Source: a virus | Taxonomy: Duplodnaviria > Caudoviricetes | DNA: 36,716 nt | IMG/VR virus record: IMGVR_UViG_3300032257_000545 | Location: 1-36,716 of that record | Strand: one strand, 5' to 3' | Part shown: piece after piece, positions 8,958 to 19,312 of the stretch | Layout: every line of letters starts with the position of its first letter | Position numbering within the stretch: position 1 is the first letter of the stretch | Made by a program: the position numbers and the translations under genes | The notes under the pieces: model-generated | Seen by the model: the letters and a program-made list of their open reading frames with translations, nothing else | Database searches by the model: none | Told to the model about the DNA's origin: nothing

Positions 8958-9557
8958 TCATATTCTTACCTCTATCAGTGGGATATTATTCCAACTTCCA
9001 GCATTAAAACTATCCATGGAAATAGCCAGCTCATCGGTATCAAATCGTACAGGAACATCAAATTCAAAATCTGCGGTGATTGTTTCTGCAATGGCTGGAG
9101 CAGAATTAAAGGTAATAATTCCAGTGGTCATATCGATATTAATACCGCTAGTTTGCAGCACAGAATCGACATATATTTTCACTGTTCCTGCAACTGGTTT
9201 ATTGATATTACGAGATATGGCAATATTGCTGCTGTAAATCTTCACCAGTTGAAAATCAGTAGTAGCACCATCACCTGTACCGATTGCTTCATTCGTTCCT
9301 TGATAATCGCTCCAATCCTTGAAACGAAAACCCACCGCTTTGCCTTTGCGAGTACGAAAAAATGTAATTAATGCCTGCCATTGCGATTCAGTTTTTACAC
9401 CTGAAGCCACATTATATTTAGCCCGAGATTGCGACCATTTACTATTACGCTGCTCCCGCCCCGAAACAGTTGCCACAACATCGGTGAGGAACATAGGGCC
9501 ACCTGTTGCCCCATAGCTGATATCAGTCGGGAATTGCATTTCTTCAAATGATGTCAT
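8958..9557 (-). CDS. DUF2460 / TIGR02217 distal tail protein
   Basis: FPTDISYGATGGP, SGREQRNSKW, GFRFKDWSDY, FEFDVPVRFDTD, IPLIEVR. Confidence 0.92.
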   Translation of the reverse strand: MTSFEEMQFPTDISYGATGGPMFLTDVVATVSGREQRNSKWSQSRAKYNVASGVKTESQWQALITFFRTRKGKAVGFRFKDWSDYQGTNEAIGTGDGATTDFQLVKIYSSNIAISRNINKPVAGTVKIYVDSVLQTSGINIDMTTGIITFNSAPAIAETITADFEFDVPVRFDTDELAISMDSFNAGSWNNIPLIEVRI

Positions 9558-11293
9558 AAGTTCCTCCTTCCACGTTCAATGGCTCGTGCCATATCAGCCG
9601 AAATTTGGCTTTGTGATTGACGGAAGCCTTGCACATCAGGCGTTTGAATATTCATATTTACCGTTACTGGTGCAGATCCGTTTGGAGTGATATTCATCGG
9701 ACGACTACCAGCAAAGGCTAATTCGGGGCCTCGTTCTCCAACAACACCGAATTGACCAGCTTTGAGCGTTCCGCCATCTGCAAAAAAGCCGCCGAACATG
9801 CTGCCTATGCCCGAGATTAAGCTTCCAAATCCTCCACCAGAGCCTCCTTTGCCACCGAAGAAACCTCCGATAGAACTCATTAAGCCACCGAGCAAACCAC
9901 CTTCACCACCAATGCCTAAATCTTTCATAGCGGATTTGAGTAGCATTTTATTGACATCGGACAGGATGTTTTTTGCTAGATCGCCGAAGCCGTTAAATTT
10001 TCCACCAACAATATCAAGCGAATCAATTAGCCTACCTTCGATAGACTCTCCCAGCCGTTCAAAATCCTTGTCTATTTGATCAGTAGTTTTCTTAGATTCA
10101 TTCTTTAGCTTGTTATTGGCATCATCGGTTTTTGATGGCTGTCCTTGCTTTCCAGCTGATGGTTTCTTGAACAAGTCCGCCAAGGCTCCAGCTTTGCTAG
10201 AATTCGCCTGTACTATTTTATCAGCTGCAGCACCGATTTCAGCATCAATCGCAGCGTTAAATTCCCGGGCTTCAGCCAGCGCTTTATCAAACGCATTACC
10301 CATCGCATCAAGCAAGCCTGTTTCCAGCACTTTCTTAGTGTTTTCAAAAGACACACCACCGAGGGGGTCTTCAATAAAAGCTGCTAAATCCTTGCCTAGA
10401 GCTTCAAATCTGGCGGAAATTGTGTTACCAAATGCAGCGAATGATCTGCCAACCCCATCAAATACAGCTATGAATAAATTGCCAAATTTTATCACCTCCG
10501 CAATTAAAGCTTTAAATGCCAATCCCAGCGGTTCAATTGAGGCTGTTATTTGTTCTGCCAGCCATTTAACTGCGTTGGCAATTCCAGTTAGCATTGCGGT
10601 TAAACCAGCGTCACCTATGGCTTTTACGAGCTTTGAGAAGCCATCACCCATATTTGAGAGCGCGACATTTAATGTGTCGGCTTGCTCCTCCATCGCACCA
10701 GCAAATTGAACATCACCAATGGATTTAAGGAATGCTTCAATTTCCTCTGCATTTTTGCCAACTGTGGTTTTAATTCCCTGAAATGTGAAGGTGACTTGAT
10801 CGCCTTGAGATTTGGATTTTATACCGAATTCTTTTAGTCGTTCGAACTCACCTGTTGCAGCGTCAGCAACCGCTTCAATCATTTGATTAAGCGACTTCCC
10901 CATCGCAGTTGCGGTGTTACCGTAAGATGTGAGGGCTTCTGCAGATGGCGTTAATCCCAAGGCTTTTAACTTGATGAATGCAGCGGTTACTTCTTCTAAT
11001 TGGAACGGCGTTGTGGCTGCAAATTCTTGGATAAAACCGAATGCCACTGCTGCATTATCTGCCGAACCAGTGATCGTGCGGAGCGATGCCTCCAGCTTTT
11101 CAAACTTGGTAATAGTATCGGTGATTTGCTTGCCGACAAAAGCGGTTGCCATCAAGCCGCCGATACGGCTCAAACCACGCCCCATCTTGCTAAAGCGCCG
11201 ATCCATATTATCAACGCCCTTATTAATCTGGGAGAAGGCTTTCTGGGTCTTATTAACCGCTCTAACCGTGAATTTTGCTTCCGAAAAGCCCAT
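9554..11293 (-). CDS. Tail tape measure protein
   Basis: Ala/Gly-rich helical 579 aa; FAATTPFQLEEV tape-measure motif; C-terminal FADGG...VVGERGPE...FRQSQSQI. Confidence 0.9.
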   Translation of the reverse strand: MGFSEAKFTVRAVNKTQKAFSQINKGVDNMDRRFSKMGRGLSRIGGLMATAFVGKQITDTITKFEKLEASLRTITGSADNAAVAFGFIQEFAATTPFQLEEVTAAFIKLKALGLTPSAEALTSYGNTATAMGKSLNQMIEAVADAATGEFERLKEFGIKSKSQGDQVTFTFQGIKTTVGKNAEEIEAFLKSIGDVQFAGAMEEQADTLNVALSNMGDGFSKLVKAIGDAGLTAMLTGIANAVKWLAEQITASIEPLGLAFKALIAEVIKFGNLFIAVFDGVGRSFAAFGNTISARFEALGKDLAAFIEDPLGGVSFENTKKVLETGLLDAMGNAFDKALAEAREFNAAIDAEIGAAADKIVQANSSKAGALADLFKKPSAGKQGQPSKTDDANNKLKNESKKTTDQIDKDFERLGESIEGRLIDSLDIVGGKFNGFGDLAKNILSDVNKMLLKSAMKDLGIGGEGGLLGGLMSSIGGFFGGKGGSGGGFGSLISGIGSMFGGFFADGGTLKAGQFGVVGERGPELAFAGSRPMNITPNGSAPVTVNMNIQTPDVQGFRQSQSQISADMARAIERGRRNL

Positions 11294-11433
11294 TATTTTA
11301 CCTGTAATTCAAAAAATGCTAGCCATTCCATGAACTGTCTTGTGTCCATAGATTCAATCTCAAAAAGTGGGCGACCGAGTCTTACCGCTAGTGCTAGCTG
11401 GTTTCTGCGGAAGTGGTCGCCTCGGAGTTTCCC
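11293..11433 (-). CDS. -1 frame extension of the tail assembly chaperone (gpT-like part of gpGT)
   Basis: In-frame slippery G GGA AAC at 11433-11427; -1 frame reads LRGDHFRRNQLALAVRLGRPLFEIESMDTRQFMEWLAFFELQVK* and its TAA overlaps the tape measure ATG. Confidence 0.8.
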   Translation of the reverse strand, partial: GKLRGDHFRRNQLALAVRLGRPLFEIESMDTRQFMEWLAFFELQVK

Positions 11434-11783
11434 TTGTGCGTCTCCATATCACCGAAGAATCTGGCTTCAATTTTCTCAGCAATACGGCTGACTACTTTAT
11501 AATCCGCCTCTTGCAGCAGGACATCACGATCCGTTATGGAAAACAGCCGTTTGCCGTCCTTATCCTTGGCTTTTACGATGATAATATTTGCGGCCTGCTC
11601 AATATTGCTGGCTTTTTTAGAGGCAATTTTCTGCATCATATTCACCTCTGCCATGGTCATTGGCAGGACATGAATTTCCAGCGGATTAGCGCCATCGCCC
11701 CATTCAGGAACGTGGATAATCAGCCGTTCCTGGCTTGCGTAATGTTTGGTAACTTGATTGATAATGCTCATATTCTGCTCCAA
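11394..11783 (-). CDS. Tail assembly chaperone (gpG-like)
   Basis: Lies between tail tube and tape measure; VPEWG and DKDGKRLF motifs; slippery site near 3' end. Confidence 0.8.
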   Translation of the reverse strand: MEQNMSIINQVTKHYASQERLIIHVPEWGDGANPLEIHVLPMTMAEVNMMQKIASKKASNIEQAANIIIVKAKDKDGKRLFSITDRDVLLQEADYKVVSRIAEKIEARFFGDMETHKGNSEATTSAETS

Positions 11784-12176
11784 TTATACGACTGTTGATT
11801 CGGTTAATGCACCTGTGCCTGTGAAGCTAAAACTGGCTTCCACCAAGCCATCAAACGATGCGTTGTAGGAAATACTGGTGATGATTACATCACCGCTCCA
11901 ATATGTATCACCAGAGGTGTTGCCCTCGGGATATAAGTTTAGAGTGACGGTTGCTCCAGCTGATAATGAGCCTTGCCCGAGCGTGTCTGTTTCGTCCCAA
12001 AAGCCGTCAAAACTACCAGAAAAGCTCTTGATAGTTGCTTGATTTTTACGCCATTGTGTGCCGATAATTGAAGCGTCAACAGTGTCGGAACTAATCTCCA
12101 TTGACCATGATTTTATTTCTGCGATTTGGTCTGAGCCTGCAAAGACCTTTCCCTCGCTACCAGCGTGAGTTGCCAT
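11784..12176 (-). CDS. Tail tube (major tail) protein
   Basis: EIKSWSME, SFSGSFDGFWD, YWSGDVIITS, SFSFTGTGAL; AGGAG RBS. Confidence 0.85.
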   Translation of the reverse strand: MATHAGSEGKVFAGSDQIAEIKSWSMEISSDTVDASIIGTQWRKNQATIKSFSGSFDGFWDETDTLGQGSLSAGATVTLNLYPEGNTSGDTYWSGDVIITSISYNASFDGLVEASFSFTGTGALTESTVV

Positions 12177-12196
12177 GATATTTCTCCTGTTTTGGG

Positions 12197-12643
12197 TTAA
12201 ATAAGTGTGTTGGGTGCGTTTTCTTTCACCGCATAAAGTACGGCGAATGTGAGCGTAATCACCGCAATCGGTTTTTCGCCTTCATCGGAATATTGAATTT
12301 CTGTGGTGTCTAGAACGGTGTCCTTCACCAGCCCGTTGATGCTTGGGTCGCCGCCGATTATCTGCTCAATCTCCAGTGCCAAACCGTCAGCCGTTTCATC
12401 AATGTTATTGTTGGCTTTGACATAGGCCTCAATCGTTAGATGAAGCTCCCTATGTTGAGTCCGAGGTTTTGACATCGACATCTGATCGCCCACTGATTCC
12501 TGTTTGGTATAAATCAGAATCGCAGGGAGTTTGGGGTCATCAAGTGGATAAATCCTAGACTCATAAACCTTAGCTCCAGCCGAAGTATTGTTCAGCAATA
12601 AAGCCGTCACCGCATTGCGGATTTGTGTGCGTGCGTGGCTCAT
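12197..12643 (-). CDS. Tail terminator/completion protein
   Basis: MSHARTQIRNAV...VYESRIYP...LPAILIY; position before tail tube. Confidence 0.7.
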   Translation of the reverse strand: MSHARTQIRNAVTALLLNNTSAGAKVYESRIYPLDDPKLPAILIYTKQESVGDQMSMSKPRTQHRELHLTIEAYVKANNNIDETADGLALEIEQIIGGDPSINGLVKDTVLDTTEIQYSDEGEKPIAVITLTFAVLYAVKENAPNTLI

Positions 12644-12951
12644 AATTTCTCCAATATTAGTTCGATAATTCCTTCATTATCAGGACGGATATTGACGATT
12701 TTATAATTTACCCCCGCAACCGTAATTGCATCACCAGTGGCAATTTCAGGAATATCCACCGAGCGAACCGAAAGCACAGGATGCGTTGCCATAACATCAA
12801 CGCTTCCGCTATTCACAATTTCGGTAAATTCCTGCAACATGCCAGAGATGGTACGAGCAACACCGCCATTTGGAGTATAGGTAATTGCCCGCCCATCAAG
12901 GGTTTGCAGGAGCGTTAAATCACGCTCCTGCATGTCATTAATGAAAGTCAT
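12640..12951 (-). CDS. Head-tail joining protein (gpFII-like)
   Basis: 103 aa beta-rich, GDAITVAGVNYKIV...PDNEG; position after capsid cement gene. Confidence 0.7.
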   Translation of the reverse strand: MTFINDMQERDLTLLQTLDGRAITYTPNGGVARTISGMLQEFTEIVNSGSVDVMATHPVLSVRSVDIPEIATGDAITVAGVNYKIVNIRPDNEGIIELILEKL

Positions 12952-13280
12952 AAGCCGACATTCAGCAAAATATTGACATTTGCATCACCTGAAGCTGCTG
13001 CCGCTGCTGCGATTCCAACGAGTGTGTTGGCGGTTGCGGTGGTGGTCAGTTTGCTGGCAGTTCCATCCCAATAAAGCTTAGCACCTTGCGTCACAGCACC
13101 AGTAGCTTTCACCACGCTGAACACGCCAGTGACATGCACCGCACCTGTTTTACCATCTGCGATATCGGTTTTTGCAATTGCCCCGATAATGCCGATCACC
13201 ACGAAATCGCCAGAACTCAAAGACGAGCCTGACGGTGTGTAGTTGAGGGATTTTCCCTCTTGAATGTAATTTGTAGCCAT
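12948..13280 (-). CDS. DUF2190-family capsid cement/decoration protein
   Basis: MATNYIQEG...GVFSVVK...GAKLYWD; directly follows capsid. Confidence 0.85.
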   Translation of the reverse strand: MATNYIQEGKSLNYTPSGSSLSSGDFVVIGIIGAIAKTDIADGKTGAVHVTGVFSVVKATGAVTQGAKLYWDGTASKLTTTATANTLVGIAAAAAASGDANVNILLNVGL

Positions 13281-13319
13281 AGTTTTTCTCCTAAGATTAA
13301 GTTGATTTTAGAGCCAGAT

Positions 13320-15287
13320 TTATGCACCTGGGTTTTTGTAAAGTGTACGCCATTCCAAGGCTTTGGCAGCAGCATCAATACGAACCTTGAACTCCACACC
13401 ATCGATATTCCAACCATCCTGTTCTTCGAGGAATGGGTTGGGATTTCCATCGAGATAGCCCACCTCAATCACATCAAATATTGATGGATTGGCGATCAGA
13501 TACCAAGCTGTGGTCGAAGCTGCATCCAGCCTTGCATCAACAATCACGTTGAAGGCATTGCGAACTGAATTTGGCTTGCGACTATTGCTTTGGCTTGGGT
13601 CAGTTTCCGAAGCCATTAGAATACGAGCCGTATCCTCCAAAGCAGCTGGTACAATCAGCAGATTCGGGCGAATATTGAGGGTAGCATTGCTACTAGCGTC
13701 TTTTTGTGTACGCATCGCAGTGCGTGCTGCACCTAAACTTGCTGCTGTAATCGCTGCACCAGAGCCTGCCAGATTCTTATGGTTAGCATGAAATAATGCC
13801 GTACCATCTGCCATGTTTGGGTTGCTGGTGAGGATATTAAACACCAGATCCCCAACTTTCCTGCGAGCCGCACGTCCCATTTTGCGAGGAATCTCGGTAA
13901 AGGCATTCAGGTCATCATTGATAATCGCCTGACGAGTGATGCTGAACATTTTGCCATAGGTTAGCAATTGGATTTGCTCTTTATGCTCACCGATTGTGCC
14001 ATGCGTATATTCACCACCTTCAGGAATCACATCCAGCGATCCAAACTCGCTCATGCCCACACGGTCATGGGTTTTGAAGTCTGAAAGATTACCAGTGGAA
14101 GTGAAGTTACTAAATACTTCCTCGGTTTCGCTATAACCTTTGAGCATGGATTTGCGAGCATTATTTGCCAGCAATATTGGAAAATCACTGGAGCTATGCG
14201 TAAATGCACGTCCGACAAGTTCTCGTTTATCCATTCTTGCAGTGGAGATATTTTTTAGCTCCAGAGATTTACGAGCCAGCTCAAGCAACGTATAACCACA
14301 TAATTCGCTGGGTTTAGCCTTCTCATCAGCAATTCCTGCACGATAGGCAATTGCATCCTCGGCATATTTACGGAACTTTTCAGACTCGCTTTCGCCTAAA
14401 GATATAGAGGGTTCTCGGGCTTTTGGCTCTTTATTTGCCCCTAGAAACTCTAGCAGCATATCCTTGGCTTTACGCTCGGTGATCGTGTGATCATCAAGGC
14501 AACGCTGGAGTATTTCGCTGTTATCCCCTGCATTAAATGGCTCAAAAGCTTTGCGGATAGCATTTCTGCGAGCAGTTTCCTGTTTTAATGCTTCATCGGC
14601 AGCGTTCTTACGAATTGCATCAACATCGAGATCAGCACCACTAGTGGTCGGCGGTGCGACATTTCGTTCCTGAATTTCAGGGTTTTGGTTTTCTTTAGGC
14701 ATAATGTCTTCCTCTTGGTTAGATTTTAATGATTGGGTGGTATCGAGAGTTCTGCCGACTCCAACAGTGTGATCGGCGGGGATGTCAACAAGGCTGATCT
14801 CCATGGGTGTCCAGCTGGTAACTCGGTATAAATCGGGGCTGTTTGCTCGCTCTTCTACAAGCGATCGCTCATCAATCTGATAAGCAACTGACACGTTACG
14901 CAAGATGCCATCCTCAATATCCTGCCAGATGCCAGCGACATCATCTCGCCTGCTGATACGCAGCTCGGCATAGCCTTTTCCGCCATCCAGCCACGCTCGC
15001 TCAACAACGCCAATGCGGTGCTGATTGTCGCCTCGCTGATGGTTATAAAGCACAGGAGCAGAGGCATTCAGCCGTTCAAGATTGGCTTCTTGTGCATCAT
15101 GACCAAGAACCTCCGTCCATGGATCGGCGAAGAAACTCTGCCGAGTGACTGGCTGTTCTGATGAGAAGGAAACCTTTATCAGCCGTTCATCTTTGGTGAT
15201 GCTTTCAGCTCGGATTTGACATTCCCTCGTTAGAAGCCCACTAGTGGGGATTTCATTTGTCTTTTTTGTCGGGTTTTTCTTGGTCAT
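13320..15287 (-). CDS. Prohead protease-major capsid fusion; start revised to MTKKNP at 15287
   Basis: N-terminal VLYNH, NVSVAY, EISLVDIPAD protease motifs; C-terminal SSSDFP, YGKMFSITRQAIINDD, GVEFKVRID capsid motifs; AAGGAAG before 15287. Confidence 0.9.
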   Translation of the reverse strand: MTKKNPTKKTNEIPTSGLLTRECQIRAESITKDERLIKVSFSSEQPVTRQSFFADPWTEVLGHDAQEANLERLNASAPVLYNHQRGDNQHRIGVVERAWLDGGKGYAELRISRRDDVAGIWQDIEDGILRNVSVAYQIDERSLVEERANSPDLYRVTSWTPMEISLVDIPADHTVGVGRTLDTTQSLKSNQEEDIMPKENQNPEIQERNVAPPTTSGADLDVDAIRKNAADEALKQETARRNAIRKAFEPFNAGDNSEILQRCLDDHTITERKAKDMLLEFLGANKEPKAREPSISLGESESEKFRKYAEDAIAYRAGIADEKAKPSELCGYTLLELARKSLELKNISTARMDKRELVGRAFTHSSSDFPILLANNARKSMLKGYSETEEVFSNFTSTGNLSDFKTHDRVGMSEFGSLDVIPEGGEYTHGTIGEHKEQIQLLTYGKMFSITRQAIINDDLNAFTEIPRKMGRAARRKVGDLVFNILTSNPNMADGTALFHANHKNLAGSGAAITAASLGAARTAMRTQKDASSNATLNIRPNLLIVPAALEDTARILMASETDPSQSNSRKPNSVRNAFNVIVDARLDAASTTAWYLIANPSIFDVIEVGYLDGNPNPFLEEQDGWNIDGVEFKVRIDAAAKALEWRTLYKNPGA

Positions 15288-16770
15288 CTTCCTTCTCCTG
15301 TTCGGGTTCTGTAGGTATTGTTGAGCCTGCATTGCTGGTGAAAATCATACCGTCAGTCGCTTCTTGCTCTCGTTCTCGTTTGATTTGTTCATTGACGATA
15401 TTTGGATTGTTGCCACGCTCACGGATAACTTGGCTGCGAGCTTTAAAGCCTGCCTGCACCGCTTTTTCCTCGGCATTAATTTCTTTGAGTGGGTCAATCC
15501 ATGGCAATGATGGCCCTCGGAAATCCGCATCAAATAATGTCATTTCATCAAGGTTCGGCGGCACTTCGATTAAATCGGTAAGCAAGGCCGCCCTGACAAA
15601 TCTCTGCCAGACAGGTCGAACGAACCTCTCTACAAAATGCTCACGCATCACTGCATAATGCACTGACTGCTCGACTAATTCCTGCCGTTGTGCGGAGTAT
15701 GTGCCGTTATAATCTTTGGATATGCTGGAGAAACTTGTGCATGTGCCAGCAGCCACAGCCCTAAGCTGACTGTTTCTAAACTGCTCCAACATAGTGTTAG
15801 GGCGGTTTGCCTCCATCATGGCAATATCTTCGCCAGGCATCAGATTATCAAAAATCATCCCAGGTTTCATGCTCATTAGGCGATTGCCAGTGCTGTCGGT
15901 TTTTGTATTAGTAATCGGCGCATCATTGGATTTGCGGATAAATGCACACATTGCAGCGGCAACTCTTGCTGCTACACGCTCGGATTCTTCATAATCCTTA
16001 ATGTCATCCATACGAGTCAGGACGCTGGCAAATATAGACACACCACGAGTTTGACGAATCCTGTCCGATAGCTTGAGGTGCAAGATATTATCCGCGACCA
16101 CACGCTTAGTTTCCGCCAGCAATGTTAGTGACGCATTTGGATCACCTGGATGTTCTTTGTATAAATAATAGGCGTTTGGCTTGCCCCATTTGTTTTTCTG
16201 CACGCCCTGAATAATGCCTTTTTTAGCATCATCAAGATCAATCGGCAGCAGGTCACATTCTATTATTTCCAGAGAAAATGGAACTTTTGTGCCGTGTTCT
16301 AATGTTGGAATATTCCCTTCCAGCAACTGAGCAAGCACTTCGCCATCACGCATCCAGCAGCGAACTGCCAAGCGTTGCAACTGATTCCAATGCAGTTCCC
16401 ATGTAACTTCGGGACGCAGCATCCAATCCTCAAAAAGCTGATAGAGCCGAGTGTTAAAATCACCGACTAATTCGCCTTTATTATCCTTTGCCAGAGCCTC
16501 AATGCGGATGCCTGTGCCAATGATATTATTGACCAGAACATTGAGAACACCACGAGCAAGATCATGATTCTCATCTAAATACCGAGCTTGTGCGCGCAGG
16601 CTTCCACCCGCTTTTGCAACTACGCCATCACCATTGCTGTTATCACTTCTGGTTTTGCGCAGGCGTGAGGGTTTAGCTGCTTCATAAGCTCGAATCGCCC
16701 ATCTACTACGCATGCGTGAAGCTGCCCAGCCTGGAAAGACTGGAGCTATAATTTTATCTATTTTGTTCAT
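15253..16770 (-). CDS. Portal protein, lambda family; likely start MNKIDK at 16770
   Basis: RAQARYL, RDGEVL, QTRGVS, YSAQRQ, WIDPLKE. Confidence 0.92.
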   Translation of the reverse strand: MNKIDKIIAPVFPGWAASRMRSRWAIRAYEAAKPSRLRKTRSDNSNGDGVVAKAGGSLRAQARYLDENHDLARGVLNVLVNNIIGTGIRIEALAKDNKGELVGDFNTRLYQLFEDWMLRPEVTWELHWNQLQRLAVRCWMRDGEVLAQLLEGNIPTLEHGTKVPFSLEIIECDLLPIDLDDAKKGIIQGVQKNKWGKPNAYYLYKEHPGDPNASLTLLAETKRVVADNILHLKLSDRIRQTRGVSIFASVLTRMDDIKDYEESERVAARVAAAMCAFIRKSNDAPITNTKTDSTGNRLMSMKPGMIFDNLMPGEDIAMMEANRPNTMLEQFRNSQLRAVAAGTCTSFSSISKDYNGTYSAQRQELVEQSVHYAVMREHFVERFVRPVWQRFVRAALLTDLIEVPPNLDEMTLFDADFRGPSLPWIDPLKEINAEEKAVQAGFKARSQVIRERGNNPNIVNEQIKREREQEATDGMIFTSNAGSTIPTEPEQEKEDDQEKPDKKDK

Positions 16771-16828
16771 CTTTTGATTATTTCCTGTGCTCACTTCGTT
16801 CACCCAATGAAATGGGCTCAAGGCTGTA

Positions 16829-17047
16829 TTACTCGCTAAAATCTGCTAGTGCTGCTGCACTTGTTCCAGTTGATTGCAAGGCTGATAGCCTGCGTTCCCA
16901 ATATTGGATTTGCTCTCTTATTTCCTTCACATTTGCCAATGTTAAAGAACGCCCATTCATCGAATAGCTCTGTCCCTTGGCAACAGTTAAATCCGCTGCA
17001 ATCCAAGCGTCCAGTGCCGTTTGTGCTGTAGTTGTTGTTATGGCCAT
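16829..17047 (-). CDS. gpW-like head completion protein; likely start MAITT at 17047
   Basis: GQSYSMNGRSLTLAN...IQYWE; between terminase and portal; TAATG coupling. Confidence 0.8.
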   Translation of the reverse strand: MAITTTTAQTALDAWIAADLTVAKGQSYSMNGRSLTLANVKEIREQIQYWERRLSALQSTGTSAAALADFSE

Positions 17048-18861
17048 TAACTCATCCAATTATCATCGATAGCAATCCATTCGGTGCTAGGTTTTTGCTG
17101 TTCAGGCTTAATATTCAGTTCTTGTTTTTCAATTTCAGACGCTAGCATCTCAAGGTTAGGATTGAGGATATGAAGTGCTGCCATGCCGTAAACACGGCAA
17201 TCCAACGCCTCATTACGTTTGCCTTTTGGCTTTATCCAAACTCGCTGCGGATGGCCATTGACGAATTTCGTTTGAATACGCTCTGCCGTTAGCTGTTTAA
17301 AATAATCTTCCGGATAGTCCGCAGGAAAGTGGCAATAACCAGACCCAGGCTCATGAATTTTTAGCCGTGAATATAGCAGCTGCTTGGCTGTATCCGTACC
17401 GATGAGGAATAGCTTCACCCGCAATTTGTTGTTGCGGCTGAACTTGCTCACCAGAGGTTTGCCAATCTGGTTCGCACCCTTTATGGCAAAAACTCGATTA
17501 ATCTCACGCTGCTTGCAATATTCATAAACCGTCTGTGTATGGTGACCGCCAGAATCTACGCATGTGCAGGAAATCCGCAAATTACCGCCAGATTCATGTG
17601 CAATTTGCTGACTGATCAGATTATCTAAATCCTTCCATACTTGCTGCCCAGCAGGGTCGCCATGGAATACATGATATTGCAGCGACCAGCTTTCTTCCTC
17701 CAATCCCCAGCCGATAATTTCAGCTTCCAAGCGATCGTCCTGCACATCAACACCACATGTCACAATCAGCACATCTTTAGGAGCAACTCGACCCCAGTTT
17801 TCCTTGCGATTTAGCAAGCTGCTGAAATCTATTCCTTCCGTGGCTTCCTTCCAAGTTTCGCCGAGGGAGGTATTTATCCATGTCTGCAAAGTTTCTGGCA
17901 AACGCTTGGCTTTGAGAAAACTTGCAACCATTTCCGACCATTTCACCCACGGAGAGTAAAGTTCAGAAATATGAAAGCCCGCAATACCTTTAAATTCAGC
18001 ATCAGCCTGCCACTTGCCATGAGCAATCATCCATAATTTATCACTTTCAGTCAGCACACAGCCACAATGTTCACACACATAATGCGCCGTTGATGGGTCA
18101 GTTTTATCAAACTTCAAATTAGCCCAAACCAGCACCTGATGCTCCTTACATTCAGGGCATGGCACATAATATTTCCGCTGATCACTCTGTTTATAACGAG
18201 AGTCAATGCGGCTCTCACCTTCAATAGTTGGCGTAGAAGCTGAAACCAGCAATCTATTCCAGAAAGTTGTAGTACGTTTCTGCGCTAACGAACCAGGGTC
18301 ACCTTCTGTTCCAGCAGATGCAGGATAGCGATCTTCTTCATCCAGCAGCACAATCCTAATTGGGCGTGATGCCAGAGATGACGGGCTATTTGCACCTGCC
18401 ATGGTGACATGCCCACCTGGGAATTTCTTATGCAAAAGCGTGTTGCCACTATCTCTGCTTCTCGGATCACGAATCAGCTCTTTTAATGCTTTTGTATCCC
18501 GAATCATCGGTGCAAAGCGGTCTTTACTCCAGCTTTCCGCCATATCCAATGTCGGCTGGATAAATAATATCGGTGACGGGTCTTGATGTATAAAATACGC
18601 CAGAATATTATTCAAAATCTCTGTTTTGCCAACCTGCGCCGAGGTCATAAATACCACTTCGGAAACAGCAGGCTCATTAAGTGCATCCATCATACCACGC
18701 TGATATGGCGCTCTATCAGTTATCCACTTTCCGGGTTCTGCGCTTGCTTCCGGGCTTAGTTTTCGATGCTCGTCTGCCCACTGGCTTACTGTCAGTTCCG
18801 GCGGTGGAGAGAAGTGGCTCGTCACCTTGCTCATCAACTGTTGTAGCTTCGTTTTCGTCAT
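17047..18861 (-). CDS. Terminase large subunit, lambda GpA family
   Basis: TVSQWAD, SAQVGKTE (Walker A), LLDEED (Walker B), STPT, CPEC/CEHC, GVDVQ, DSGG, RNEALDC. Confidence 0.95.
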   Translation of the reverse strand: MTKTKLQQLMSKVTSHFSPPPELTVSQWADEHRKLSPEASAEPGKWITDRAPYQRGMMDALNEPAVSEVVFMTSAQVGKTEILNNILAYFIHQDPSPILFIQPTLDMAESWSKDRFAPMIRDTKALKELIRDPRSRDSGNTLLHKKFPGGHVTMAGANSPSSLASRPIRIVLLDEEDRYPASAGTEGDPGSLAQKRTTTFWNRLLVSASTPTIEGESRIDSRYKQSDQRKYYVPCPECKEHQVLVWANLKFDKTDPSTAHYVCEHCGCVLTESDKLWMIAHGKWQADAEFKGIAGFHISELYSPWVKWSEMVASFLKAKRLPETLQTWINTSLGETWKEATEGIDFSSLLNRKENWGRVAPKDVLIVTCGVDVQDDRLEAEIIGWGLEEESWSLQYHVFHGDPAGQQVWKDLDNLISQQIAHESGGNLRISCTCVDSGGHHTQTVYEYCKQREINRVFAIKGANQIGKPLVSKFSRNNKLRVKLFLIGTDTAKQLLYSRLKIHEPGSGYCHFPADYPEDYFKQLTAERIQTKFVNGHPQRVWIKPKGKRNEALDCRVYGMAALHILNPNLEMLASEIEKQELNIKPEQQKPSTEWIAIDDNWMS

Positions 18862-19312
18862 AATTGCCTAGTTCTGCCAGTGCTTCATAAATGGTGCGTT
18901 TTAGGAATCGCTCAATCTCCTGTGGTTCTTTAAGTGCCGCAATTTGATGGGCAGATTTGCTAGGAATCGTTAGCAGGCGTGACCTGCAAGATGTCACCAT
19001 CGTTAACCACGAAGATTCCACCTGCTCAATTTGCAGAAGATTTCCTTTGAGCGTACCAACTTCCAGCTCGGTTTTATCTGCCTGCGCTTTGAGCAATCTT
19101 GCACGCTCGGTATAAGTATCCTGCGGTGCAGAATCCTTACCCATCGCACGTTCCTGCAAATAATGGATATATCCCTGCACACACGACACAAGCTCATATT
19201 TCCCCTTATTTGCTTTGGGAATAACCCCATCTTTCGCCAATTGCTGCACACGCCGCTCTGTCAGATTGAACAGTTTGGCAATGGTCGATACTGGATAAGA
19301 TGGCTGGGTCAT
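18716..19312 (-). CDS. Terminase small subunit (Nu1-like)
   Basis: N-terminal wHTH IAKLFNLTERRVQQL...GKYEL, coiled coil ERARLLKAQAD; overlaps large subunit. Confidence 0.88.
   Translation of the reverse strand: MTQPSYPVSTIAKLFNLTERRVQQLAKDGVIPKANKGKYELVSCVQGYIHYLQERAMGKDSAPQDTYTERARLLKAQADKTELEVGTLKGNLLQIEQVESSWLTMVTSCRSRLLTIPSKSAHQIAALKEPQEIERFLKRTIYEALAELGNYDENEATTVDEQGDEPLLSTAGTDSKPVGRRASKTKPGSKRRTRKVDN

Noticed and set aside
3229-11293. Gene transfer agent cluster
   Set aside because: Integrase, replication genes, repressor and cos-type terminase indicate a true prophage
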